A DNA stretch of 64,000 nt from Thermofilaceae archaeon (lineage in GTDB: Archaea > Thermoproteota > Thermoprotei > Thermofilales > Thermofilaceae). Made by a program: the position numbers and the translations under genes. This document shows, piece after piece, positions 29,643 through 38,657 of the stretch. The DNA is taken from positions 1 through 64,000 of the forward strand of contig JAVYWK010000007.1 in the NCBI GenBank assembly GCA_038727095.1, written 5' to 3'. Each line of letters begins with the position of its first letter. Positions within the stretch are counted from its first letter, which is position 1. Under the pieces are notes generated by a model. It did not search any database. It saw only the letters and a list, made by a program, of their open reading frames with translations, and was not told where the DNA came from.

Positions 29643-30917
29643 GTGAATATGCTAAGGGTAAGGATACTCGGCGGTGGACGCAGAGTTGGGAAAACCGCCA
29701 TGCTCCTAGAGGTCGATGGTACCAGAGTCCTACTCGACTACGGCGTGGACATAAGCGGACCCGAACCGGAGTTCCCCCAGCATGTGCGCCCCGCAGACTT
29801 AGACATGGTCGTGATAACGCACGCCCACTTGGACCACAGCGGCGCTGCACCTATCCTGTACATCTCCGTGCGCCCGAAGCTTTACGCTACCCGTACAACC
29901 CTGGATCTATCCGAGATTCTGATCGGCGATTTCATGAAGCTCTCGAAGTACTACGTGCCCTACGAGACACCACAAGTCGAGACCATGGTTCGCTCAGCCA
30001 CGCTCGTTGAGCCCGGTGCTGAAGTGGAGGAGAAGGGGGTTTTAATTAGATTTTGGAATGCCGGCCACATCCCAGGCAGCTTGATGGTTGAAATCGAGGC
30101 GGGGGGTCGCAAGCTGCTCTACACCGGGGACTTCAACACTGTTGACACTTGCCTGCTGAAGGGCGCGAGCCTGAGGGTATTCGAGGATGCGGACATTGTG
30201 GTGATGGAAGGCACGTATGCCGCCTTCGACCATCCAAATCGCGATGCTGTCGAAAAGGCCTTCGTCCGGGACCTCCTCGAGGTCCTGGATTCTGGAGGCA
30301 GCGTACTGATACCCACCTTCGCGGTCGGTAGAGCCCAAGAGATCCTCTGCGTGCTTGCGAAGCACAAGGTGCGCTACCCAGTCTACATAGACGGCATGGC
30401 TAGAAGGGTGAACACAGTGCTTCTCGAAAACCTCGATCAGTTGAGGGACCCCGCGCTCTTCAAAAGTGCCGTACAAAAGGCCATTCACGTCAATGGCTGG
30501 GAGGACAGAAGGAGAGCTCTGGAGAAAACATCGGTAATCATCTCTCCCGCAGCGATGCTTAAGGGCGGTGCCTCCGTGCACTACGCTAAGGAGATGCTGG
30601 AAGATCCGCGCAGTGCGGTGTTCTTCGTCAGTTACATCATGAGGGATACACCCGCGCGCAAACTGCTCGAAGAAGGGGTTCTTCAGCTAGAGACGTTTCA
30701 GAAACGCATCGCGGCGAGAATGGAGTGGTACGATTTCTCCTCCCACTGCGGGAAGCGGGAGCTTTTAAGCGCGGTTGAGCGCATGAAGCCGGACGCGTCC
30801 CTAGTTCTCGTTCATAGCGAGGAGAAGATTGGACTCAAGTTCATCGATTACGTCACACGGCAACTCGGCGTACAGACCTACTTCCCAAATGAAGGCGAAA
30901 CGCTGGAGTTCAAGTAG
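29643..30917 (+). CDS. Beta-CASP metallo-beta-lactamase ribonuclease (aCPSF-like)
   Basis: THAHLDHSG, AGHIPGS, YTGD, EGTY, FAVGRAQE, FSSH, LVH. Confidence 0.92.
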   Translation: MNMLRVRILGGGRRVGKTAMLLEVDGTRVLLDYGVDISGPEPEFPQHVRPADLDMVVITHAHLDHSGAAPILYISVRPKLYATRTTLDLSEILIGDFMKLSKYYVPYETPQVETMVRSATLVEPGAEVEEKGVLIRFWNAGHIPGSLMVEIEAGGRKLLYTGDFNTVDTCLLKGASLRVFEDADIVVMEGTYAAFDHPNRDAVEKAFVRDLLEVLDSGGSVLIPTFAVGRAQEILCVLAKHKVRYPVYIDGMARRVNTVLLENLDQLRDPALFKSAVQKAIHVNGWEDRRRALEKTSVIISPAAMLKGGASVHYAKEMLEDPRSAVFFVSYIMRDTPARKLLEEGVLQLETFQKRIAARMEWYDFSSHCGKRELLSAVERMKPDASLVLVHSEEKIGLKFIDYVTRQLGVQTYFPNEGETLEFK

Positions 30918-30955
30918 GAGCGTAACACTTAAACCTCGGTATCATGACTCACTGA

Positions 30956-31067
30956 GGGGCCGTAGTCCAGCATGGTAGGATGCGCGGCTTGGGAGCTCAC
31001 GTTCCAGGAGCCCGCGTAGGCAAATCGCCGCGGAGGGACCCGGGTTCAAATCCCGGCGGCCCCACCA
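30956..31067 (+). tRNA. tRNA-Pro(UGG) with two introns: 37/38 (30994-31010) and 44/45 (31018-31035)
   Basis: GGGGCCG/CGGCCCC, CGCGG-CT-TGG-G; BHB helices CTTG/CAGG and CCGC/GCGG; removing both introns restores the cloverleaf. Confidence 0.9.
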
Positions 31068-31203
31068 TTTATCACACCATCCGTAAGCGTAGGGCTTCTT
31101 CTACTCATCCTACAGAAAGGTGAATCGAAGAGCAATCATATTAACGAATGTAATAATGCGCACTTGATTGAATTTTTATATAAGCATAAATCATAGCGTA
31201 TAT

Positions 31204-31776
31204 GTGGAGCTGATTACGCCTGAAGAGCTCAAGACTTTGAGGAGGCGCATCGGTTTGACTCAAGCCGAGCTGGCCAGGAAAGCTGGAGTAAGCCAATCGC
31301 TTATTGCCAGACTAGAAGCCGGTACGGTAAATCCGCGTCTATCAACGTTAATGAAGATCTACAACGCATTGAAGGAGTACCTCGAGGAGGAGGTAACAGT
31401 CGACAGGGTGATGCACTCACCGGTCATCTACGTGTACATCGACGAGAAGCTGGATCGGATCGTCGAGCTCATGTGGGTCAACGGTATCTCACAGATCCCT
31501 GTGCTTGATAGAGCCGGAAGCGTCGTAGGGACGGTCCACGAGCGCGATGTCGTCGAAGCGTTTCTTAAGCATCGCGAGAAGGCTCTCACGCTGAAAGCAA
31601 TGGATGTGATGTCCGAACCACTACCAATTGTGCCGAAAAACGCAAAGCTGAGCAGCGTGATTAAAATTCTACGCGGCGAATTCCCGGCAGTCCTCGTCGC
31701 TGAGAGAGGGAACATCGCTGGCATCGTGACCAGGAGCGACGTAATGCGCTTCTTCGCTGGACTGCCACGCACCTAA
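31204..31776 (+). CDS. XRE-type HTH plus CBS-pair transcriptional regulator
   Basis: GLTQAELARKAGVSQSLIARLE.G.V.PRLST; ISQIPV; GIVTRSD. Confidence 0.93.
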   Translation: MELITPEELKTLRRRIGLTQAELARKAGVSQSLIARLEAGTVNPRLSTLMKIYNALKEYLEEEVTVDRVMHSPVIYVYIDEKLDRIVELMWVNGISQIPVLDRAGSVVGTVHERDVVEAFLKHREKALTLKAMDVMSEPLPIVPKNAKLSSVIKILRGEFPAVLVAERGNIAGIVTRSDVMRFFAGLPRT

Positions 31777-32171
31777 CCTTTAGCCTTCACCGCGGCCATT
31801 CTAACCCTGTACAGAGTTGACGGCTTCTGACCCTTCTTCATCAGTCGCCCCTCCGAAACAAATTTTGCCAAATAGGACGCCAAGGTCGTAACCTTCATTT
31901 CAGGCTCCTCATCGGTTAGAATGCCGTACAATTCCCTCAGCGTGAACCAGGCACCATCCCCAAACCTTTCTAGTATAATTCTCCAAACTTTTTCTTTTAT
32001 ACTTGTGCTCTCTTCATCCACTGCCTCATCGCTAACTCCTCCACCACTCATTATGCTGAGCATCTCCATTATCTGCAAGACTCGAGTCTTAGATACCTCC
32101 CTACCTTCAAGCGTAATCGTGATTCTTTCGCCAGAGGGTAGCGTTTCCTCGATCTTAACCTTTGGCGCCAT
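31773..32171 (-). CDS. Small winged-helix protein adjacent to predicted origin
   Basis: N-terminal beta-beta-alpha domain, acidic linker, WFT..EL...TTLASYLAKF...G.L.K.G.....Y wHTH pattern. Confidence 0.7.
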   Translation of the reverse strand: MAPKVKIEETLPSGERITITLEGREVSKTRVLQIMEMLSIMSGGGVSDEAVDEESTSIKEKVWRIILERFGDGAWFTLRELYGILTDEEPEMKVTTLASYLAKFVSEGRLMKKGQKPSTLYRVRMAAVKAKG

Positions 32172-32356
32172 TTACGAGAAACCCCCGTTAGCGCGCATAA
32201 AAGAGAGGCGGTTATTTTACACCGTTCAATCTCCGCAGCATAAACACTATTTCTACTCTTTTTATTCATTTATCTTGAATCTCCAAGAGTTTATTGGGAA
32301 AGGGTAGAATAAATCAGAATAATACGAAATGCGGGAAAATATCTTCTCTTTTTCTA

Positions 32357-32378
32357 GTTCCACTGGAAGTTAAGGGGT
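32357..32378 (+). repeat. ORB element 1 GTTCCACTGGAAGTTAAGGGGT
   Basis: TCCA-TGGA dyad plus G-string, the archaeal origin recognition box pattern. Confidence 0.88.
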
Positions 32379-32453
32379 TAGATTGAGCCTTATTCTAGCC
32401 GGTTTCTGCCGTTATTCTCGCAGAAAGTAGAAGCGTTCAGCATAACAGTGCTC

Positions 32454-32475
32454 ACCCCTCTCCTTCCAGTGGAGC
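32454..32475 (-). repeat. ORB element 2 GCTCCACTGGAAGGAGAGGGGT
   Basis: Inverted copy facing ORB1. Confidence 0.85.
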
Positions 32476-32549
32476 ATTTGCAATCAACTTCTGTAGTTCA
32501 ATTCAATCTACTCTAACTGGCTTTTAGAATTATAGGATGCAGTGGAGGC

Positions 32550-32571
32550 GCTCCATTGGAAGTTAAGGGGG
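32550..32571 (+). repeat. ORB element 3 GCTCCATTGGAAGTTAAGGGGG
   Basis: 19/22 identical to ORB1. Confidence 0.85.
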
Positions 32572-32591
32572 ACCATAGTTAGAAGATTCTT

Positions 32592-34214
32592 CTAGTAAAT
32601 TACGAATGGGATAAGAAAGGTAGCAAAACAAGAGGCAAAAATTACGAGTGCTTTAGTGAGCATTTCTTCCACTATCCTGCTCATTTTTTGCAGCTTATCG
32701 AGATCCAAGTATTTCGACGTGAATTCCAAGGCGCGCAATCTGTAGCGGAAGAGTTTTCGCGGCGTACGAGCAGTAGTGAGTTCGTTAATGATGCGGATGT
32801 ACGTTCCAATATCTTGCTTGGCTCCTAGTGGCTCATACGTGGATCCAGGTCTTATGCCCGTGAGTTCATGGGTATCTGTTGTTGTGGCTATTACGATAGT
32901 ATTCGATTCGCGCAGTTTATCGTAAAGGGCATCTCTCACTGAGCGCACCATGTTGTTCGCATCGAAGGATACGATGAATAGGTTGGGTCTACTTGCGTGT
33001 GATAGGTGAAGCACGGCTATGCCGGCTCCCCCCAGCTCGGAGCCAATGCGTCCCAGCTTTTGCGCCGCAGCGATGAACCAGCCATCTGTCACGCTCTCTC
33101 GGGCGGAAGAGACTGCGGATGCTGCGCATTGCAGTAGCGAAGTCCCTAACGGATTCTCAAGCGTGGGGCTCGGACGCAACCACTCGTAGCTGTTGTGTGC
33201 GTCTACTAGTATCACCTTGGGTCCAATGGCATTCATCAGGCTTAGCGGGACGTCTTCCATCCCTCCGTCAACCTTCTCGACTATTACCAGCGACCAGCCC
33301 TCATCGAGAGCCAGCGCCACTGCGCGGTAGATGCCGTTACTCCGCTCAGCGACCCCCAGGGAGGATCCCGTGCTAAGCGTTTCGCCGGAACCCGCGAGAA
33401 CCTGTTTCACCAGTGTCGCGGCATCTTCTGCTCTCGCTAGGTCCTCAGAGTGCGTAGATGCGCCGTGAAGCACCATGCAAAAGATACCAGCCCGCTGAGC
33501 CTCTTCAATGAGCATCCGTGGCAAAAGGCTGCTTCCGAAGTTTCGGAAGGGGCCTGGGTGCACGTGTGGCACGACTATGATGCCCCACGTGCCGTTATCA
33601 TCCAAAAGATCGAGCGCGTACACTGGAACGCGTTTCTCGACGGAAACCCTGGTTAGGAGGCCTTCAAGCTGCTCCTTCGATCCTCCTAACGCGTAGTTAA
33701 GGTATGCCATTAAAACTTCGAGGCCTCCGAAATCTCGAAGCTCCCGCTCTAGCTCGCGGACGAATACTTCGATTGATAACAAGACTACTATTGAGAGCGC
33801 CACATGTGTGGCCACAGCTATTGTGCCGCCCCCCTCCAGAAGAATTGCTGACAAAGCGAGGGCGAGAATCATTAGAGGCCAGCTACGCTTGTTAGATACG
33901 AAGCGTGTAACCGTTGAAAGCAGCAGTGAAGGGGGTGTGAGTAGCAGGGGACTATAGCCGCGCAGGAGCGTGACCAGAATGCACCATGCGATGAAGAAGG
34001 GTGTTAACCCAAGCGCGCGCTTCGCAGTTATCAAGCTTGGCGCCGATAGCTTCAGCAGCAGCGGGAGAAGCACGGTTACATGAATCAAGTAAACAATGCT
34101 GCAGCGAACGTAAAGGGCTACGGCAAGTAATGCGGCTATCACAGGTACAAGTACTTGAATTTTAGGGAAGGAGAAGAGCATCCGTGCCCCGCGCTCGAAA
34201 CCCTCAAGACCCAT
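32592..34214 (-). CDS. DUF2070 family membrane protein
   Basis: N-terminal TM helices; HPGPF...GSS.LP, HGASTH, DAHN, DANN, TTDTH. Confidence 0.88.
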   Translation of the reverse strand: MGLEGFERGARMLFSFPKIQVLVPVIAALLAVALYVRCSIVYLIHVTVLLPLLLKLSAPSLITAKRALGLTPFFIAWCILVTLLRGYSPLLLTPPSLLLSTVTRFVSNKRSWPLMILALALSAILLEGGGTIAVATHVALSIVVLLSIEVFVRELERELRDFGGLEVLMAYLNYALGGSKEQLEGLLTRVSVEKRVPVYALDLLDDNGTWGIIVVPHVHPGPFRNFGSSLLPRMLIEEAQRAGIFCMVLHGASTHSEDLARAEDAATLVKQVLAGSGETLSTGSSLGVAERSNGIYRAVALALDEGWSLVIVEKVDGGMEDVPLSLMNAIGPKVILVDAHNSYEWLRPSPTLENPLGTSLLQCAASAVSSARESVTDGWFIAAAQKLGRIGSELGGAGIAVLHLSHASRPNLFIVSFDANNMVRSVRDALYDKLRESNTIVIATTTDTHELTGIRPGSTYEPLGAKQDIGTYIRIINELTTARTPRKLFRYRLRALEFTSKYLDLDKLQKMSRIVEEMLTKALVIFASCFATFLIPFVIY

Positions 34215-34398
34215 AGGGCCCTGGTAGTGTATTTTTCAAAAACCTTATCACCTACTTAGATCTGCGGCACATGCTTAGTGAAAAGATGAGAACCAGAGTC
34301 GCTGCATTAGACGAAGAGCTAGCCGATGTTAGCAAAGCGTTGAAATGCGTAAAGGAAGTGCGTCAGATGTTGTGACTATTCTAAACCATCACCCGTTT

Positions 34399-34511
34399 TG
34401 GGGCCCCGGCCGGGACTCGAACCCGGGTTATCCGAGCGGTCAGCCGCCGCTCTCCGGCTGTCTGCCGAAAAGCCCACAGGCCGGCATGTTAACCCCTACA
34501 CCACCGGGGCC
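34399..34511 (-). tRNA. tRNA-His(GUG) with two introns: 37/38 (34460-34473) and 45/46 (34430-34451); genomic G-1
   Basis: Reverse complement (G)GCCCCGG...CCGGC-CT-GTG-G; BHB CTGT/GCAG and CCGG/TCGG; C73 plus CCA. Confidence 0.9.
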
Positions 34512-34619
34512 TGTATCCTCTTCGACGAAACCCTTTATAAACTGTTTGCAATCCTCAGCAGGATTGTAGATTAAGGCGTATTTTACCCAGTTTAACGCGT
34601 GCTCTAACATCGTGAGGAA

Positions 34620-34707
<88 letters not shown>

Positions 34708-34732
34708 TACGATTTCGGAGGGGGAAGCTGGC

Positions 34733-35335
34733 TTAAAATTTATCTCCATGCTTTTCCCACAATTCCATTCTTTTCCTCTTTAATTCCCTTCCAGCAGCTC
34801 TAAGATACCCGTAGACTGTCCCATGGCTGCGGCCTTGCACGAGCATCATGAGGGCTTTCCTGGCAACTTCAACGTTGTCGCACTCGCCCACTATGCCGAC
34901 CGTTTTTTCGCTTACAACGATTTTAACGCGAGCCATCTGCTCAATGTTCCTCCGTGCTTTTCCCTCTTCACCGATGATCCTAGCCTTTATCCTCCTTAGG
35001 TCGTCTGCGTTTCGCGCCATCTCGTTCAAGTCGAGAACTTCGAAGCACCAGTTTTCATCGCTGAGCTGGAGTGCGTCCTCGAGGCTGAAGCCCAGCGAGA
35101 TTGCCTCTATCGCTTGCTTAGCGCGCATGACTTCCAGGGGGGTCATCCCCTGTATGGGTGAGATGTAGACGGTTGATGTTTTTGAATCCACGTTCAGAAT
35201 CACGTTAAACGCCTTCTCCAAAGCGGACTTGTTTGCGCCGTCTCTCCCTACTATTACACCCAGCCGCTCTGGTTTAACCGGAACAGGGATTCCTGCATAA
35301 GCGCACATCTCTTTCGAAAAGTTGGCAATGACCAC
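34733..35335 (-). CDS. KH-domain RNA-processing protein (Dim2/Pno1-like)
   Basis: RLGVIVGRDG, AI..GFS.E.A, RIIGEEGKAR, G..H..VY; true start probably a few codons downstream. Confidence 0.9.
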   Translation of the reverse strand: MVIANFSKEMCAYAGIPVPVKPERLGVIVGRDGANKSALEKAFNVILNVDSKTSTVYISPIQGMTPLEVMRAKQAIEAISLGFSLEDALQLSDENWCFEVLDLNEMARNADDLRRIKARIIGEEGKARRNIEQMARVKIVVSEKTVGIVGECDNVEVARKALMMLVQGRSHGTVYGYLRAAGRELKRKRMELWEKHGDKF

Positions 35336-35451
35336 ATGTTAAGAGTTTTTCTTGCACCTTGAAGGAGGTGGGAGCAGAGTGCAAGTCGTGACGTTGAGCT
35401 ATCGTGCCGAAGAAACAGAGGGGCGTGTTCCCGTAGCAACACAACTTGCTC

Positions 35452-36492
35452 CTAGCGGGCCACGTCAAAGTATAGGAGCGCCGCGAGGCCCCCACTATTT
35501 CTAAGCATCTCTACTCCTTCCAGATTGGGCGGTACAACAACAATGTTTTTAGCAGTGGCGGCTGCACTTTCCAATACAGTTAAGACGCGCGCCCTATCCT
35601 CGCCCAGCAGAGCTTCGTCCAGGATTAGGAGTGCCTCGATTGCGCGCGCTTCTGCAGCTCGGCGAACCTCCTCCAGTCCCATCGCAACCCTGCCGGGGCC
35701 TCGGCTTAACCTTTCGATTAGCTCGTTCATAAGGCGCCTCGGTGTTGAATAAACTTCCTCTGCGACGAGCTCCTTCAAAGCATTTCTGCGTAACATCTCA
35801 TACAGACCCGCTAGCCCACCATCTGAAACTTCTATGAAGCGTGACGCACTGACCCCAACTTCAGATAAGACTTCGAGCACCAGTTTTGGAGCGGCTACGA
35901 CAACGGCTCTAGCCCCCCTAGACTTGAGCGATGCTAGTAGTTGTGGAAGAACGTTGCGTATGGTGGTTTTCAGCTGCTCCTTTAAGCTACCCTCCTTACC
36001 CGGCTTTGGTAGGTTGATCACAGCGATTACTTCAAGGCCCTGGGGGCGCAGCAGAGCCGCGGCTGCCTCATCTACGTCGAAGCTTAGGATACCGATCAGT
36101 TGTGTCGCTGTAAGCGCCAGGTGCAAGAGTCTTTCGTGGTGCTTCAATAACGAAGTTTTTACTATCTCGACTTCATCACCGGGCTTCAAACCGATCGTAT
36201 GGTGGGATCCTTTTACGCTCAACCATTCGGGCGCTTCGACGACAACTCCTAGTATCCTGAGCGAGTCGCTGAAGCGTTGGAATTCAACTTTCTTAACCTG
36301 CACCGTAAGCTTCACGCGTACTCTCTCCCCCCTTTCGCTCTCAGCAACTCTCTCGATTCTGACTTGGCGCGTCGTCCAGGCGGTGACAAGGTCCCCCTCA
36401 TCGATTATGAGTGAGGTGTAGTAGAGATCCTCGGGGCTCTCTATTTGCAACTTAAGCCTGTTTGTGCGCTTGTCCTCCTCGATTATCCTCAC
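35452..36492 (-). CDS. pelA: mRNA surveillance protein pelota
   Basis: E..EDL, GDLV.A.T.R, LRI.G, G.HHT, eRF1 domain 3 with GG.AALL. Confidence 0.9.
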   Translation of the reverse strand: MRIIEEDKRTNRLKLQIESPEDLYYTSLIIDEGDLVTAWTTRQVRIERVAESERGERVRVKLTVQVKKVEFQRFSDSLRILGVVVEAPEWLSVKGSHHTIGLKPGDEVEIVKTSLLKHHERLLHLALTATQLIGILSFDVDEAAAALLRPQGLEVIAVINLPKPGKEGSLKEQLKTTIRNVLPQLLASLKSRGARAVVVAAPKLVLEVLSEVGVSASRFIEVSDGGLAGLYEMLRRNALKELVAEEVYSTPRRLMNELIERLSRGPGRVAMGLEEVRRAAEARAIEALLILDEALLGEDRARVLTVLESAAATAKNIVVVPPNLEGVEMLRNSGGLAALLYFDVAR

Positions 36493-37208
36493 TGTGTTTC
36501 AGCGCCGGCCTCCTCGGTTTTCCGCTCAAGTATTGTGGAGACCAGTTTTACCGCTTTAATATCGCTTACGTAGTTTTCAACGCTCCTCGCGAACGCGTTG
36601 AGTGCCTCGAGGTTTTCTGGTGAAAAGAGGGTGTTAAAGGGGACCGTGACTACTGCGGTTCCATTCTCGAATTTTAGTGCTACCCCATCGATTGTCACGT
36701 ACTTCTTGAAAAGAGCCTCGGCTTTTTCCTCGGCGCCTTTGAGGACTTTAACCACTTTGACCTTGAATACCAGTTCCCGCCCAGCGAGCGGATGGTTGAA
36801 ATCCACGATGACCCTACCGCTACCCACGCTGATCACGGTGCCCCTCTCACCCCGCACTTCTACCTCCATTCCAGCCCGGGGTATGATGCCTCTTGCGGAA
36901 AACTCTCTGGCAGGGATCACCCTAACTTTCTCCGGATCCCTTCTACCGAACGCCTTCTCAGGTGGCAGCTCGATTTCGCGCTCCTCCCCTTCACCGACGT
37001 CGACAAGTAGCTCCTCCAAACCGGATGGTAATTCGCCTGAACCCAGAACTACTAAGCGGGGACCATACTTAGTTTCTTCGCTGAAGAGGCCCGACTCCCT
37101 TGCGATTTGTTCGGTGGTTGTTTCGAGTACTCTCGCAGTCGCTTTATCAATTATAGTGTACTCCAGCAGCACGACATCTCCTTTTACAGGCTTAACGACC
37201 CCACTCAT
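36489..37208 (-). CDS. Long-type archaeal FKBP peptidyl-prolyl isomerase
   Basis: GD.V..EY, PEKAFG.R, GRV.VDFNHPLAG. Confidence 0.93.
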   Translation of the reverse strand: MSGVVKPVKGDVVLLEYTIIDKATARVLETTTEQIARESGLFSEETKYGPRLVVLGSGELPSGLEELLVDVGEGEEREIELPPEKAFGRRDPEKVRVIPAREFSARGIIPRAGMEVEVRGERGTVISVGSGRVIVDFNHPLAGRELVFKVKVVKVLKGAEEKAEALFKKYVTIDGVALKFENGTAVVTVPFNTLFSPENLEALNAFARSVENYVSDIKAVKLVSTILERKTEEAGAETQ

Positions 37209-37310
37209 CGCTCACCACGATTTGGCATCTATTTTAAAGACTACTGTGCACGACGTCTGGCGTACATAGATGGAGATAAATAATATTTATGCTCACGTTA
37301 CGGGGGCGGC

Positions 37311-38657
37311 GTGTCGGAAAGGTACGAGGTCGTCGTCGTCGGTGGAGGGGTTGCCGGACTTTTCGCGGCGTACAATCTAGCTAAAGCTGGGCTCTCAACA
37401 GCAATTATCGAATCGAAGGGCGAGGACAGCATCGGAGAGAAGGTTTGCGGTGACGCGATAGGGGAGCACCACTTCAGGGAGGTTGGATTGGAGCCACCCC
37501 GCGTAGGGGAGGACGCGCTAAGCGCCATAGAGGGTGTACGCGTATACTCTCCAAGCAAGCGGCATTACGTCACGGCGTGGGGGAGAGGCTACGCTTTGGA
37601 TAGGAGGGCTTTTGGGAGAAGACTCTTACGGATGGCGGTAAACTCTGGAGCCTCGCTGCTTGCCGGGCACTCGGCAGTAAAACCGCTAGTCGAGGGCGGC
37701 TGGGTTAAGGGGGTCAAGGTCCTAGCTGGGGGAGGATCGCGGGAGATACGGGGGAGCGTTATCGTTGATGCGACGGGCGCAGCTGCAGCGGTTAGGACGA
37801 AGCTGCCCAGCGAATGGTGGGCCTCCTACAGGGCACCCCCCGAGGATTTTAACGCGGCCTTCAGAGTTATAGCTGAGGTTGAAGTGGAGCAGGACCCCCG
37901 CTACGCCGACATATACCTAGACACGAACATAGCGCCTGGGGGCTATTGGTGGTGGTTCCCCAAGGGGAGGTACGAGGTTAACGTTGGGCTAGGCGTGAAA
38001 ATGGGTCCTAACGCTCCGAACCCGAGGGAGATGTTCGAGAAGCACATTAAGCCCCTCGTCGAAAGAGCTGGCGGGAAGATCCTGCACGCGGGTGGAGGGA
38101 TCGTTCCAACGCGTCGCCCCGCTCCCTGCCCCGTTTGGAATGGACTGGTGGCAGTGGGGGATGCAGCGTACACCGCTAACCCGCTTCATGGTGGAGGGAT
38201 TGGACCGGCACTTGTCAGTGCTCTTCATGCGGCAAGACAGATTGTGAAAGCCCTCGAGGAGGGAGAGCCCTCAATGGAGAAGCTGTGGCCGTACAAGAAG
38301 GCGTATCTGCAAGCGTACGGTATAAAGCAGGCGTCTCTCGACGTCGCGCGCATTTACCTGCAGGGGCTTTCGAACGACGATATTGAACTGATAATTAGCA
38401 GCAAGATAGTGTCGGATGAAGAACTGTCGGCGATAGGCTATCGCGGCGAGCTGTTGACTACGGTGCTCTCAAAAGCCCTTTCAATAGTGAGGGTGCTTAA
38501 ACGGCCATCACTGCTACCCGAGCTTGCACGCCTAAAGTCGCTCATGGACGAATCCGCATCAATCTACAGAGGCTACCCTGAATTGCCGTCGGCGTTTGAG
38601 CAATGGTTTGCGAAGGTTGAGAGCTTCTTCGCGCAGGTAAAGGACAAATTCTGGTGA
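37311..38657 (+). CDS. Digeranylgeranylglycerophospholipid reductase (GGR family)
   Basis: GGGVAG, K.CGD, PGGY.W.FP, VGDAA...NP.HGGG. Confidence 0.9.
   Translation: MSERYEVVVVGGGVAGLFAAYNLAKAGLSTAIIESKGEDSIGEKVCGDAIGEHHFREVGLEPPRVGEDALSAIEGVRVYSPSKRHYVTAWGRGYALDRRAFGRRLLRMAVNSGASLLAGHSAVKPLVEGGWVKGVKVLAGGGSREIRGSVIVDATGAAAAVRTKLPSEWWASYRAPPEDFNAAFRVIAEVEVEQDPRYADIYLDTNIAPGGYWWWFPKGRYEVNVGLGVKMGPNAPNPREMFEKHIKPLVERAGGKILHAGGGIVPTRRPAPCPVWNGLVAVGDAAYTANPLHGGGIGPALVSALHAARQIVKALEEGEPSMEKLWPYKKAYLQAYGIKQASLDVARIYLQGLSNDDIELIISSKIVSDEELSAIGYRGELLTTVLSKALSIVRVLKRPSLLPELARLKSLMDESASIYRGYPELPSAFEQWFAKVESFFAQVKDKFW

Larger units (their letters stand above)
32172..32591. other. Predicted chromosomal replication origin (oriC)
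   Basis: 420-bp AT-rich intergenic region with three ORB elements, two of them inverted and 75 bp apart. Confidence 0.8.

Noticed and set aside
32357-32571. 22-bp repeats as a possible mini-CRISPR array
   Set aside because: Mixed orientation, spacing of about 75 bp, ORB consensus, no cas genes
34270-34335. Degenerate C/D-like words (AGATGA...AGACGA...CCGA)
   Set aside because: Boxes too divergent and no target found in the window
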